64,000 nt of DNA from a virus. Position 1 is the stretch's first letter, and every line of letters starts with the position of its first letter. Location: IMG/VR virus record IMGVR_UViG_3300008255_000101, positions 1 through 64,000 of that record. The stretch is one strand, 5' to 3'. The position numbers and the translations under genes were made by a program. The notes under the pieces are model-generated. The model had not been told where the DNA came from. It saw only the letters and a list, made by a program, of their open reading frames with translations, and did not search any database. Positions 5,340-14,447 of the stretch are shown in pieces.

Positions 5340-7814
5340 TTAAATGGAATAGTTGTAAGCTAGAGCAAGAAAGCCTTCCACGGAGTAAGCTTTATCCGTA
5401 GTATAAACGACTTTCTTATCCTTTGTAAGACGGATCCTTTTCTTAATACCGTTCTTGCAGCAATAAGGCTCGATACCTCCTAACACTGCCCAAGCCATAT
5501 CAGCATGAGCGCGTGAGACGGAATCAGTCTTCTGAACTTCGTAGTTAAAAAACTCACCGGGAGTTTCAGCTACGGGTTCGCCACTGGGAGGAACATCTCC
5601 CAAGACAGGTCTTTCAGTTTCGATCTTCTCCGCTTCCATGTTCTCCTGTCCCTTTGCTGCGTCTGCAGCTGATTCTTCCTTGACACTGTCAGGGTCGGGT
5701 GCCGAAGCCGTTTCGGGTGTCTGCACGTTTTCCGGTTTGTGTTCAGGTTCTTCTCCCCCTACCATCCCCAAACGGACGCTAGCGGTAATCCCTTTTTCAA
5801 GATCCTTGAAGTAATCGTACTCCACGAGGAAGTTAGGACCGTATTCTGCATCCACTTCCAAACCTACTTCCCACTTCAGGTGGCCTTTAGTGTAGTCATC
5901 AATCTTCATGATTTCCGAGAAGATGGGGATCAAAGTATCAAGCTTCTCATCCTTGATCTCGAAAACGATTTCATCATGCACAGGGAACAACATCCTTGCG
6001 TCTTCCTGCAAGTTGTGGTTCCTGATGTATTTCCACAACCTGTATATGGCTATCTTGATGATGTCTGCACCAGTCCCCTGCACGGCGGCGTTTACTGCTA
6101 GGCGATCGGCCTTACTCATCAGAGCACGATCGCCTGACTTGTATAACTCTTCCAGGGGTCTTCTACGACCAAAGGCCGTTAATGAGTAGCCACGCTTACG
6201 GGCACGTATGCGTTCGATCTTCATCCACTCGGAAAGCTTAGCCAATCCGGTGAAGTAGTTGTCCAAATGCTGTTGGGCTTCATACAGGGGTATCTTCGCA
6301 CTTGCTGCAAGAGTGGAAGCTCCTCCGCCATAGATAATAAGGAAGTTGGCTACCTTAGCGATGCCCCGCTTGGCCTTATTCTTCTTAAGAGCCATCTCTT
6401 CGGGGGTACCGCCAAACATTAGAGAGGCAGTGATGGAGTGAATATCCCCCGAACCTTCGTTAAATTCCTTAGTCCATACAGGTTCCTTAGACAAGTTCGT
6501 AACGATACGAAGTTCTTCACCGGAATAGTCGATAGCTACAATCTTATAACCCTTTCGAGCCTTGATACCCTTACGAAGTTTCCAGGGGTCGTCTGCTTTA
6601 GCTGCAGGGATATTTTGGGCATTAACCCCGGAATACCCGTCGTGGGGAAGCCCCTTACCCCCCCTAGAGGAGAAGCGCCCAGAGTCCGCAGCTGTTTGGT
6701 TAAGCTGAAACTTTACACATTCATTTTCATCGTAGTTCTTGAGAAGGTTTTGTAGATAGGTGCTTTGAATCTTTTCGATTTTACGAAGTTCTACAATCAT
6801 GGCGGGAAGAGTGTGCTTACTAGCTATCATATCTAGTACGCCCTCATTCACCAGGTAGCCACCGGTTTTACTCTTGTCCTTCAGCGGGTAAGGGATCTTA
6901 AGCTTATCAAACAGCAATTCTCCCAGCTGTTTGTTACTGTTCATATCGAAAGGTTGCCCCGCAGATTCGTAGATCTCGTCTTCTAGCTCTATAAGCCTCT
7001 TAGAAATAATGACATCGGACCTGCGGTAGTGCTCCACATCCACATGCACCAAAGCCCTTTCCATTTCCATGACGCCAAGCTGACACCCCTTCTCCACATC
7101 GTAGATGAAGTGGATGCCATTGTTCTTCTGGGCGTCCATCTCCATCATCCGGTTTTTACACCAGTTCCACAACCCTATGGTACACACGCCATCCGAAGCT
7201 GCGTAGTGCACAGCCACCTTGGGGTGTAATTCGCAAAAGTCAATATTAGACTTGTTGGGCACAATTGAGGACAACTCAATCATCGGTTGATTTAGGAGGT
7301 CCTTTGATGCACCCTTTAAGCCCTTGTTAGGGCGATCAGCCACGATAACGGCTAGGGCCAGAAGAGTGTCCTCGTACTTATTAAGATCCTCAATGACCAC
7401 CCCTTCATTCCTAAGGAGCTCACCATCAAACTTGAAGTTGTGGTATAAGGTAACACAGGCTGAGACCAACTTCATGATACGTGGTAGAACCACGGACATG
7501 GGGATATTCCTACCGTACCGGTGATTGACAGGTACGTAGACCCCGTAACCCTCATGGTAGGATAAACAGAACCCAGCTATCTTCGCTACGCGGGAACCAT
7601 TACCCCTATTGAAGGGTCCTGTATTAAGACCATCTGTCTCCAAGTCAATAACACATATGCCCGCCTCGCAGGCCTCATCTATAAAGGCATCTAGGGCATC
7701 GATGGTGTCGATGAGTTCCAATCTTTTGGACTTCATCCACTCTCTCGTTTCTACTAACGATTGTACAACTTCTTCCGAAGCCGTATCATCTACAAATTGC
7801 TGCATAACTTCCAT
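5340..7814 (-). CDS. polA: DNA polymerase family A with 3'-5' exonuclease domain
   Basis: Exonuclease motifs DLETDG, HNFKFD, YAASD; polymerase motifs A (IDYSGEELR), B (RGIAKVANFLIIYG), C (VHDEI) and NAAVQGTGAD. Start 7814 follows TAGGTGG. Confidence 0.95.
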   Translation of the reverse strand: MEVMQQFVDDTASEEVVQSLVETREWMKSKRLELIDTIDALDAFIDEACEAGICVIDLETDGLNTGPFNRGNGSRVAKIAGFCLSYHEGYGVYVPVNHRYGRNIPMSVVLPRIMKLVSACVTLYHNFKFDGELLRNEGVVIEDLNKYEDTLLALAVIVADRPNKGLKGASKDLLNQPMIELSSIVPNKSNIDFCELHPKVAVHYAASDGVCTIGLWNWCKNRMMEMDAQKNNGIHFIYDVEKGCQLGVMEMERALVHVDVEHYRRSDVIISKRLIELEDEIYESAGQPFDMNSNKQLGELLFDKLKIPYPLKDKSKTGGYLVNEGVLDMIASKHTLPAMIVELRKIEKIQSTYLQNLLKNYDENECVKFQLNQTAADSGRFSSRGGKGLPHDGYSGVNAQNIPAAKADDPWKLRKGIKARKGYKIVAIDYSGEELRIVTNLSKEPVWTKEFNEGSGDIHSITASLMFGGTPEEMALKKNKAKRGIAKVANFLIIYGGGASTLAASAKIPLYEAQQHLDNYFTGLAKLSEWMKIERIRARKRGYSLTAFGRRRPLEELYKSGDRALMSKADRLAVNAAVQGTGADIIKIAIYRLWKYIRNHNLQEDARMLFPVHDEIVFEIKDEKLDTLIPIFSEIMKIDDYTKGHLKWEVGLEVDAEYGPNFLVEYDYFKDLEKGITASVRLGMVGGEEPEHKPENVQTPETASAPDPDSVKEESAADAAKGQENMEAEKIETERPVLGDVPPSGEPVAETPGEFFNYEVQKTDSVSRAHADMAWAVLGGIEPYCCKNGIKKRIRLTKDKKVVYTTDKAYSVEGFLALAYNYSI

Positions 7815-7827
7815 CGTAACAACCCAC

Positions 7828-8367
7828 CTAATCCAAAGACGCACTAAGGCGCCTAGCCAGAGGCATAGTAACCTCTACAAACTTATCCTGGTCCTCTATA
7901 TGCCGAGAACTCAGAAACACGTATAAAATTTTTGCGTAAGTGTCGGGGTCCTCTGCAAATTTGGCAAGTCTCACCCGACTTTCTAGAAGGTACAAAGCCA
8001 TCTTTCTTTTGTCTACCCCTTTTTTACTTTTTTCAAACTGATCGAGCTTAAAGGCTTTCACGTCTGCTATCTTGGAGAGGTCCACCCCGAACTGGGAAGA
8101 CAGCTGCCTGGCGGCTTCCATGAATCCTATCCCCTGGTGCTTCATCCAAAAAGAGATAGGGTCCCATGATTTTTTGCATGCAAAGCAGTACATGGAGTTG
8201 GTGTCCGGGTAGAAGCGTGCACTCCGCGACGTATCCACCCCATGGAATGGGCAACTAATCTGCTGAGGTTTTATGGTCTGGGCCAAATGGTTACCAGTAC
8301 TCTCCAGCAGATTTTGTAGCGGAACTTTTTCCGCGACAAGTTCCCTTACTAGCCGGGGGTCTTTCAC
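7828..8367 (-). CDS. CHC2 zinc-finger primase N-terminal domain protein (no TOPRIM)
   Basis: CPFHG.DT.RS...YCFAC...DPISF......FMEAARQL matches the DnaG Zn-binding domain; only 179 aa. Confidence 0.85.
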   Translation of the reverse strand: MKDPRLVRELVAEKVPLQNLLESTGNHLAQTIKPQQISCPFHGVDTSRSARFYPDTNSMYCFACKKSWDPISFWMKHQGIGFMEAARQLSSQFGVDLSKIADVKAFKLDQFEKSKKGVDKRKMALYLLESRVRLAKFAEDPDTYAKILYVFLSSRHIEDQDKFVEVTMPLARRLSASLD

Positions 8368-8370
8368 TTA

Positions 8371-9867
8371 CTAATCCTCCAAGACTAGACCAGTTGTTCC
8401 AAAGTTACGGAGATCAGCTTCTGTGATATCCGACTTCGAATAGATGTACTTTGTGGCCAGGTTGGCGCACGCTTCGAACGGTTCGAAGAGGGCGTTTCTC
8501 CGTGCCTTTAGGTTGCAGATCTTGAACATGTGACTCTTGCGAAGGGCGTCGTCCATGAACAACGTGATAACCACGTCTGCGGATTTTTCGATTTCCGAGG
8601 TATCTGATAGGTCGGATAGGAGGTATATGCCTCCATTACCCAAGGCCCTGACGTAACCTTCACGCTTGATCTGATGGGGAGACAAGCATCTCAGCCCTTG
8701 ACCGTTGTTGAAGGAGATACAGAGACGTTTTAGTCCTTTAATGATATTGTTTAGGTTCTCTCGTGGGTCTCGGTTGGCTACTTTAGCTTCCACACCCAAC
8801 AACCTTATATAATCGACCACAAGAAACTCTAACTTCCTTCCTTGAGTCTTTAGCTCGGAATTCACTTCCAAGCACTTTACCGTGATGTCCTCCACGGTAG
8901 TAACACTCTTATCGGGCTGGAAGATATGAACTCGGCCGTACCCATCGTTGGCCTCCATATCATCCATAGAGGCGAAATGGAATTCCTTCATCTCAGGAGA
9001 AAGACGACCGTTGAGAGCGTCGTTGTACTCCATCTTGCCCACTAGGTGCTCATACTTGGTACCTTGCCAAACCTCCATGTTGGAGGAATGTAGAACGTAA
9101 AGCATGGTCTGCATTTCAGGAAGGGTCATTTCCAGAGTAACCAGAAGGCTATCCCACCCCGTGAACAAAGCCCTATACAGCACATTCAAACTGAAGGTGG
9201 TTTTACCCTGGGCGGTATACGCTGCCACGATAGCTAGTTCGGTATGCTTTAAACCGTCAAGGGCATCATCAATGTCATCCAGACCCGTGTAGATACCCAT
9301 GGTATCCAATTGGTTCCTGGACCTATGCTCGTAGGTCTCTTTGGCTTCCTGAATCTCTTTCCCCTCCAGAATCTGTGCTTCCGTTTTAAAGTCCTGACTA
9401 TAGGATCGGATCTCACGGGATTTGCTGGCAAGATAATCAAGGGCGGCTTCGACCCCCTTCATTTTTGCTTTACCCACGGTCCTGCCCACAAAGGCGATCT
9501 CGTTGGTTTCCGTCAGAACTTCTTTAAGGGCTTCCCTGTCTTGGTCTTCCTTTATACCCCTGAGAACTTCCTTGTAGTTACCCCCTATGTGGGGTTTCTC
9601 TGCCAAGATCTGGCTGAGGGTGACCACGACATCTTCACACCCCGGCTCATCGTTGAAATGGTCAAGGAGGTTGGTGTAACTAGGAACTTCCACGTAGCGG
9701 GAAAAATGGTCCTTGATCCGGAAGTAAATCTTTTTGAAGGACTCCTGCTCACAACGTATGTGGGAGCGCTGGAAAGAACGGAAGTTCTCCAGTAAGTCTT
9801 CCCTGTCTATTGTGGGCCTATTAGCCTTAGGGATATCAATGAGTGATCGAAAAGCTCTCTCTAACAT
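8371..9867 (-). CDS. dnaB: DnaB-like replicative helicase
   Basis: Walker A AYTAQGKTT, TLEM, Walker B VVDYIRLL, HQIKREG, DLSDTSEIEKSADVV, KARR. Confidence 0.92.
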   Translation of the reverse strand: MLERAFRSLIDIPKANRPTIDREDLLENFRSFQRSHIRCEQESFKKIYFRIKDHFSRYVEVPSYTNLLDHFNDEPGCEDVVVTLSQILAEKPHIGGNYKEVLRGIKEDQDREALKEVLTETNEIAFVGRTVGKAKMKGVEAALDYLASKSREIRSYSQDFKTEAQILEGKEIQEAKETYEHRSRNQLDTMGIYTGLDDIDDALDGLKHTELAIVAAYTAQGKTTFSLNVLYRALFTGWDSLLVTLEMTLPEMQTMLYVLHSSNMEVWQGTKYEHLVGKMEYNDALNGRLSPEMKEFHFASMDDMEANDGYGRVHIFQPDKSVTTVEDITVKCLEVNSELKTQGRKLEFLVVDYIRLLGVEAKVANRDPRENLNNIIKGLKRLCISFNNGQGLRCLSPHQIKREGYVRALGNGGIYLLSDLSDTSEIEKSADVVITLFMDDALRKSHMFKICNLKARRNALFEPFEACANLATKYIYSKSDITEADLRNFGTTGLVLED

Positions 9868-9870
9868 ACC

Positions 9871-10560
9871 CTATAGGACTCCTTTCATCTTAGGTTTGGA
9901 CGCTGCCAGCGACTTCAACTCTACGTGGGAGAAATCCCCTAGTAAAGTTTTCAAATTGTCGGAGTACTCCATGCATGCATCAAAGTCGTTGGTGGTGTAA
10001 ATCCAGGTAGCCTTTCCTATGGTCTGGCGCCCCTGAATCAATTCCACTACACAGGTAGGGACCGCCACGTTACTCACGCGGGTGTTGGCTATGATAACCA
10101 CCAAGTCCCTAAAGTTAACCAGGTCCAGAAAGCGTCGCTCCGAGTCCTTGGGTTGCTCCACGTAATAGTTCTGAACTATATCCAGGCCGTTACTTACATG
10201 CCCCATAAACTTGCTGCTCTTACGATGGTACACAAAGGCCGCTTTCACTGCTATAAGGAATTGGTCAAGTGACCCCTCAAACCAGAAGTCTTTGGTTAAA
10301 GGGTACTGAGCTGCAAACTTCTCTGCCAACTCACTGGATATCTTTGGAAGCCTGGGGTTGCGGAGAGCGGGGTAGGTATTCTCTACCAACTCATTACGAC
10401 GGCACTCACATAGGACTGACCTAGAGAAACGGACGGTCCTGTCCGGGTTCTTAGTGGGTCGGGGCTTTCCGTCGTGGACGATGATATTACCGGTACCCCC
10501 ACATTTGACACAATTTCGGACGGTGGTGTTACCATCAATATCAATTTTTGATATCTGCAT
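9871..10560 (-). CDS. DnaC/IstB-like helicase loader with degenerate P-loop
   Basis: N-terminal CxxC..CEC Zn site and C-terminal ELIQGRQTIGKATWIYTTN like DnaC/IstB; immediately upstream of DnaB; no GxxGxGKT. Confidence 0.55.
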   Translation of the reverse strand: MQISKIDIDGNTTVRNCVKCGGTGNIIVHDGKPRPTKNPDRTVRFSRSVLCECRRNELVENTYPALRNPRLPKISSELAEKFAAQYPLTKDFWFEGSLDQFLIAVKAAFVYHRKSSKFMGHVSNGLDIVQNYYVEQPKDSERRFLDLVNFRDLVVIIANTRVSNVAVPTCVVELIQGRQTIGKATWIYTTNDFDACMEYSDNLKTLLGDFSHVELKSLAASKPKMKGVL

Positions 10561-10575
10561 TCAAATCTCCTACCC

Positions 10576-10605
10576 AATATAAAGGGCCGGACTCAATTTT
10601 TTAAC
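10576..10605 (-). promoter_or_regulatory. Putative promoter TTAAAA-N17-TATATT followed by AGGAG RBS
   Basis: Direct sequence upstream of the DnaC-like gene. Confidence 0.55.
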
Positions 10606-10662
10606 TAAAAACCTCATCAAGGGGGTAAAATACCCTCTCTGCGGGCCACTCTTAAAACAGAA

Positions 10663-10794
10663 TCATACTTTTAGTAAAGCCTTCTTTCCCTTCAAAACTT
10701 CCAATACCTGTGAACTCACGGTCCCTTTAATCACCAGATCGTGCACCACACATGGGGTAGCACTATTACTGCCTAACGATTTTGATTTCTGCAT
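10663..10794 (-). pseudogene. 43-aa mini-ORF: degenerate duplicate of the SNF2 helicase C-terminus
   Basis: MQKSKSLGSNSATPCVVHDLVIKGTVSSQVLEVLKGKKALLKV aligns with the SNF2 tail RARRIGSDHVNVLVYHLVSSGTIDARVLDVLVMKKKLNEKV; own AGGAG RBS. Confidence 0.55.
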
Positions 10795-10810
10795 ACTAAA
10801 ACTCCTACCC

Positions 10811-10840
10811 ATTATAGGGGCATACACGGGATTTTTTAAC
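10811..10840 (-). promoter_or_regulatory. Putative promoter TTAAAA-N17-TATAAT followed by AGGAG RBS
   Basis: Consensus -10, 17-bp spacer, overlaps the SNF2 stop codon. Confidence 0.6.
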
Positions 10841-12587
10841 TAAAAATCTCGTCGAACAGAATATTAACTTCACCGCGATCGTCCAGCATGTCATCCGGAA
10901 TATCCGCAAGTACGCCGTCGAACACCAGGGCTCCAGTAGCCTGGGCACCAAGAACCTTCTCATTCAGCTTCTTTTTCATCACCAAAACATCCAAGACTCT
11001 GGCATCTATGGTTCCAGAGGAAACTAAATGGTACACCAGCACGTTCACATGGTCGCTTCCTATGCGACGAGCACGTCCTATGATCTGGACCAAGTCGCCC
11101 CATGACCACGGTGTATCGTAGAAAACCAATACACCCGATGTCTGCAAATTGATGGCGGCACTTCCAGCTTCAGTGATGTAAATGATCTCCACGTCACTTT
11201 CCTTATCCTGGAATACCTCCATGGCGGCAGCACGCTGTTTATCGTTCTCATCCCCGGTAACCCTTACGCTCTTCAGTCCTAGTTTTTCAGTTATGGACTG
11301 CAGACGCCTAATGCCACTCTTGAACCGTGTGAAGACAATGACCTTGGACCCGAACAACTCACCTTCCATCAGGTCTGCGAAAGCTTCTTCTTTGGCCGAA
11401 GTACCTGTTTCCTCTGGGTCTAACCACTGGGGGCCATTGGCAATGAGCTGGCAAAAGCCCAGGGCGGAGGACTTGTTGTTTTTTAAGAAGTCCCCCGAAA
11501 GGATCTCCTCATATTTTTCACTTATTTTCTCATAGTGGTCCCGGAATTTCTGGGGGAGATCCGTTCCGGACTCCTCAGCAGCTTCCATCTTCTCTGTCAT
11601 TTGAAGGTAGGTCTGCTTCACCCTACCTTCGTAGACGATGCCTGCCAATGCGTCCGCATACAGCTTGACCTGAGCGGGTGACATGGCGAATTCGATTTTT
11701 TTGGAAACGATCCCGGGGAGATCCTTGGCTACATCCTCCGCAGACCTTTTCAGGAAATAGGGGTCGATAATACTCTTGAACAGGGGTATGTTCTTGTAAT
11801 CCTTAATCTCCTTCACCATTCGGGGCTTACCACCCTTCATAGGGACGAATTTCATTTCTTGGATGGTAAATTCATCTTTCCACTTGGTGACACCCGTGAA
11901 TAGCTTAGGAACAATGATTTTGAAGATGTAGTAGAACTCAAGGAGGCGGTTCTTGATAGGTGTAGCCGTCAAACCGTATACACGGACAGCGGACTCCACC
12001 ATGATCTCGGCACCTATATGGGCCTTGGACTTATGGTTCTTAAGGGCCTGGACTTCGTCGAAAACGATCATCAAGTCTTCACCCATGGACTGAGCTAAAA
12101 GATGTGGTTCCATCTGCAAGGGATAGTAACCCGTGATGAACACATCCACTTCAGGTGCGACCTCATTATACTGTGCCAATCGGGCGTCCTTACCCGTTAC
12201 CTTACGCTTGGACCCCTTGGGCCGGTACGAGTTATCAAGGACGTGGTATGTTATCCCCACAAGAAACCTTTCGATCTCTTTACCCCATTGGATTTTAGAA
12301 GACTTGGTTGTGAAGACTAAAAGCTTCAGCTTGGGGTTGGCATTTTTCGCAATCCCGTAGGCTGTGAGGGATTGCAAAGTTTTACCTAGACCGGGGTCGT
12401 CCGCCAATATCATGTTGTTGACAATGGCCATGTTAAGACAGCCTACAGTCTGATAATCGCGGAGTACAGTACTCTCTTTCAGGTACGGGCAACTCTTTAC
12501 AGATAGTTTGCCCGCTTCGCGAACCTTCTTAATCTGATCGTAATTAGAGGGCACGGTGTAAGTGTGCGGTACAGACGCTCTAGCCAT
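10836..12587 (-). CDS. SNF2/Rad54-family SF2 helicase
   Basis: LRDYQ, LADDPGLGKT, DEVQ, LTATPIKN, VIVFTRF, AINLQ, QIIGRARRIG. Confidence 0.93.
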   Translation of the reverse strand: MARASVPHTYTVPSNYDQIKKVREAGKLSVKSCPYLKESTVLRDYQTVGCLNMAIVNNMILADDPGLGKTLQSLTAYGIAKNANPKLKLLVFTTKSSKIQWGKEIERFLVGITYHVLDNSYRPKGSKRKVTGKDARLAQYNEVAPEVDVFITGYYPLQMEPHLLAQSMGEDLMIVFDEVQALKNHKSKAHIGAEIMVESAVRVYGLTATPIKNRLLEFYYIFKIIVPKLFTGVTKWKDEFTIQEMKFVPMKGGKPRMVKEIKDYKNIPLFKSIIDPYFLKRSAEDVAKDLPGIVSKKIEFAMSPAQVKLYADALAGIVYEGRVKQTYLQMTEKMEAAEESGTDLPQKFRDHYEKISEKYEEILSGDFLKNNKSSALGFCQLIANGPQWLDPEETGTSAKEEAFADLMEGELFGSKVIVFTRFKSGIRRLQSITEKLGLKSVRVTGDENDKQRAAAMEVFQDKESDVEIIYITEAGSAAINLQTSGVLVFYDTPWSWGDLVQIIGRARRIGSDHVNVLVYHLVSSGTIDARVLDVLVMKKKLNEKVLGAQATGALVFDGVLADIPDDMLDDRGEVNILFDEIFS

Positions 12588-12667
12588 TGAAACTCCGGTG
12601 GATCTCTATTTTTAAGAGACCCTGTAATATATGCTATGGGTGTCCAAAAATGAACTAACTTTATGGA

Positions 12668-13627
12668 CTACTTTCTCGAAAACCCAGCTTTCTTCTCGGT
12701 GAAGCTCAAAACCACTCTATTTACCAGGTGGGCGGACTTCACAAGCCCTATGGACTTGGCAGTATCTTTGACTTGATTCAAAGTGTTCTTCAACTTATCC
12801 GCAGACTCCTGTGCCTTGTCAATCCCGTTGTTGGCATCCATGGAGTCGTCCTTAGAGAACCTCTGCTCGCCTTCTTTTTCTTCCTTGCGGGCTTTGTCTA
12901 CGGGTTTGAACTTAGAAGCACCTTCAGGTACTTCTTTTTCCCCTGCCCTGAGGATATCGGCAATTCTACGAGAGGTGGCCTGGTCCACGTTTCCGTTGGG
13001 CCAAACCAGGGCATTGCTGCCGGGACCTGCGTACATGAGAGACTTCTGATCCACAAACTCGGGCCCTATGGAACCAAACATGTTCTTCACATTGTCCGTG
13101 GCTCTTAGGTGGGTGATAATTTCTTCGGTCAACTTATCCTGACCATTGCTATCAGACACGTCCACAAAGACGATCGATCCATCGCGACCCAACTCCTTGG
13201 CATCCCTTAGCGACCCCATCTCTTGGAACGGGTAGGACCTAAAGGCTTTTAGGTCTTCCGCTGACAGGACGGACCCGTCGGGAAGTTTGGTTACCGATGG
13301 GGTAGGAGGGGTCACATAGGACCCACCATTGGCCATACCCCTACGAGGACTGTTCATAGGGATACGCACCAAATAGGGCTTTCCCTCTAGGGCGAACTTC
13401 CACAGTACCTCTGCCCATTTAAGGTTGTCGCCGATCCCGTTAAATGAACCGTCTTTCAAATCTTGGGCAGGGACATCCATCTGGGGTCCGTATTCGAAAA
13501 ATACCTCTCTACCCCCATCACCATGTTTACGGGTGAGGTAGGTTACCACATACACGTTGCTGCCTGGATCCGAATCACCAGGTGCCACACTCAATTGGTT
13601 CACAGTACTGCTTACAGAGTTTTCCAT
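12668..13627 (-). CDS. Hypothetical protein (possibly virion-internal)
   Basis: Long ORF at the end of the structural cluster; second ATG (13627) follows GGGGGAG. Confidence 0.6.
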   Translation of the reverse strand: MENSVSSTVNQLSVAPGDSDPGSNVYVVTYLTRKHGDGGREVFFEYGPQMDVPAQDLKDGSFNGIGDNLKWAEVLWKFALEGKPYLVRIPMNSPRRGMANGGSYVTPPTPSVTKLPDGSVLSAEDLKAFRSYPFQEMGSLRDAKELGRDGSIVFVDVSDSNGQDKLTEEIITHLRATDNVKNMFGSIGPEFVDQKSLMYAGPGSNALVWPNGNVDQATSRRIADILRAGEKEVPEGASKFKPVDKARKEEKEGEQRFSKDDSMDANNGIDKAQESADKLKNTLNQVKDTAKSIGLVKSAHLVNRVVLSFTEKKAGFSRK

Positions 13628-13628
13628 G

Positions 13629-14447
13629 TTAACGACTCCCCCCGTCATTCTTCTTTAGAGAGCCCAGAAAAATCTCCACGCCGCTCTCGCTCAAGTCCAC
13701 CCCGTAAGAAATTTTCACTTTGTTACGAAGCCCCGATTCCAAATCAGATATTTGTTGATGTCTTTCTTTTGTGATTTCCACTGCTTTCTTGAACACCATC
13801 ATTAGGCAGTGCTCCAGATCGGGCTTGACCTTGTCCAGCCCCTTTACGATCGAATCGAACGAAACTACCATCTTGTCCACGGGGTACATATCCCTGAGGA
13901 ACTGGTAGGCCTTAACCATCAGCAACTCATTCTTCTCTTCTATGTAGGAAGACAGTTGGTGGTCATCGTAGGAGCTAAAATGATTGCGAAGGAAAAACAC
14001 ACGGACGCTGCTCTTCATGTCTTCCTTCATAAGTTCCACCAAGCTTTGGTAGAAAAGGTATTCCTGGCTGCCAGACTCCCCCGATCCACTGGAGAAGGAT
14101 TCCTTCCAAGACAAACGGTAGGCTTCCAAAATAGTGTCCTTGACGATTACCAGGCGCTCTTCCAAGTAAGTCATCTGATCGTGCAGAATGAGCTTGGTTT
14201 TGATCTGGGTCATCATTGCCACGGTTTCTAATGTCTGGAAGAACACACCTGTGGCCACACTCTTTACAGTCTCGGGATCCTTGTTGTCCGGGGAATAGGA
14301 CAGTTGTCCCTTCGCCACGTTGAATGACAACTTCTTGTTGGATATCATACGGAAAAGGAGAAACACTATGGCGCCTAGCATGGCAGCCATCTCCATTATT
14401 ATGATAACCTTCTGACCGAATGTCAGTCCCGCAAACAATATGGTCAT
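13629..14447 (-). CDS. Membrane-anchored helical protein (holin-like candidate)
   Basis: Single N-terminal hydrophobic helix (VIIIMEMAAMLGAIVFLLF) followed by a soluble helical domain; at the end of the tail operon. Confidence 0.4.
   Translation of the reverse strand: MTILFAGLTFGQKVIIIMEMAAMLGAIVFLLFRMISNKKLSFNVAKGQLSYSPDNKDPETVKSVATGVFFQTLETVAMMTQIKTKLILHDQMTYLEERLVIVKDTILEAYRLSWKESFSSGSGESGSQEYLFYQSLVELMKEDMKSSVRVFFLRNHFSSYDDHQLSSYIEEKNELLMVKAYQFLRDMYPVDKMVVSFDSIVKGLDKVKPDLEHCLMMVFKKAVEITKERHQQISDLESGLRNKVKISYGVDLSESGVEIFLGSLKKNDGGSR

Noticed and set aside
5340-12587. Inteins, introns or homing endonucleases in replication genes
   Set aside because: Lengths and motif spacing are ordinary; no intein splice motifs or LAGLIDADG/HNH signatures seen.
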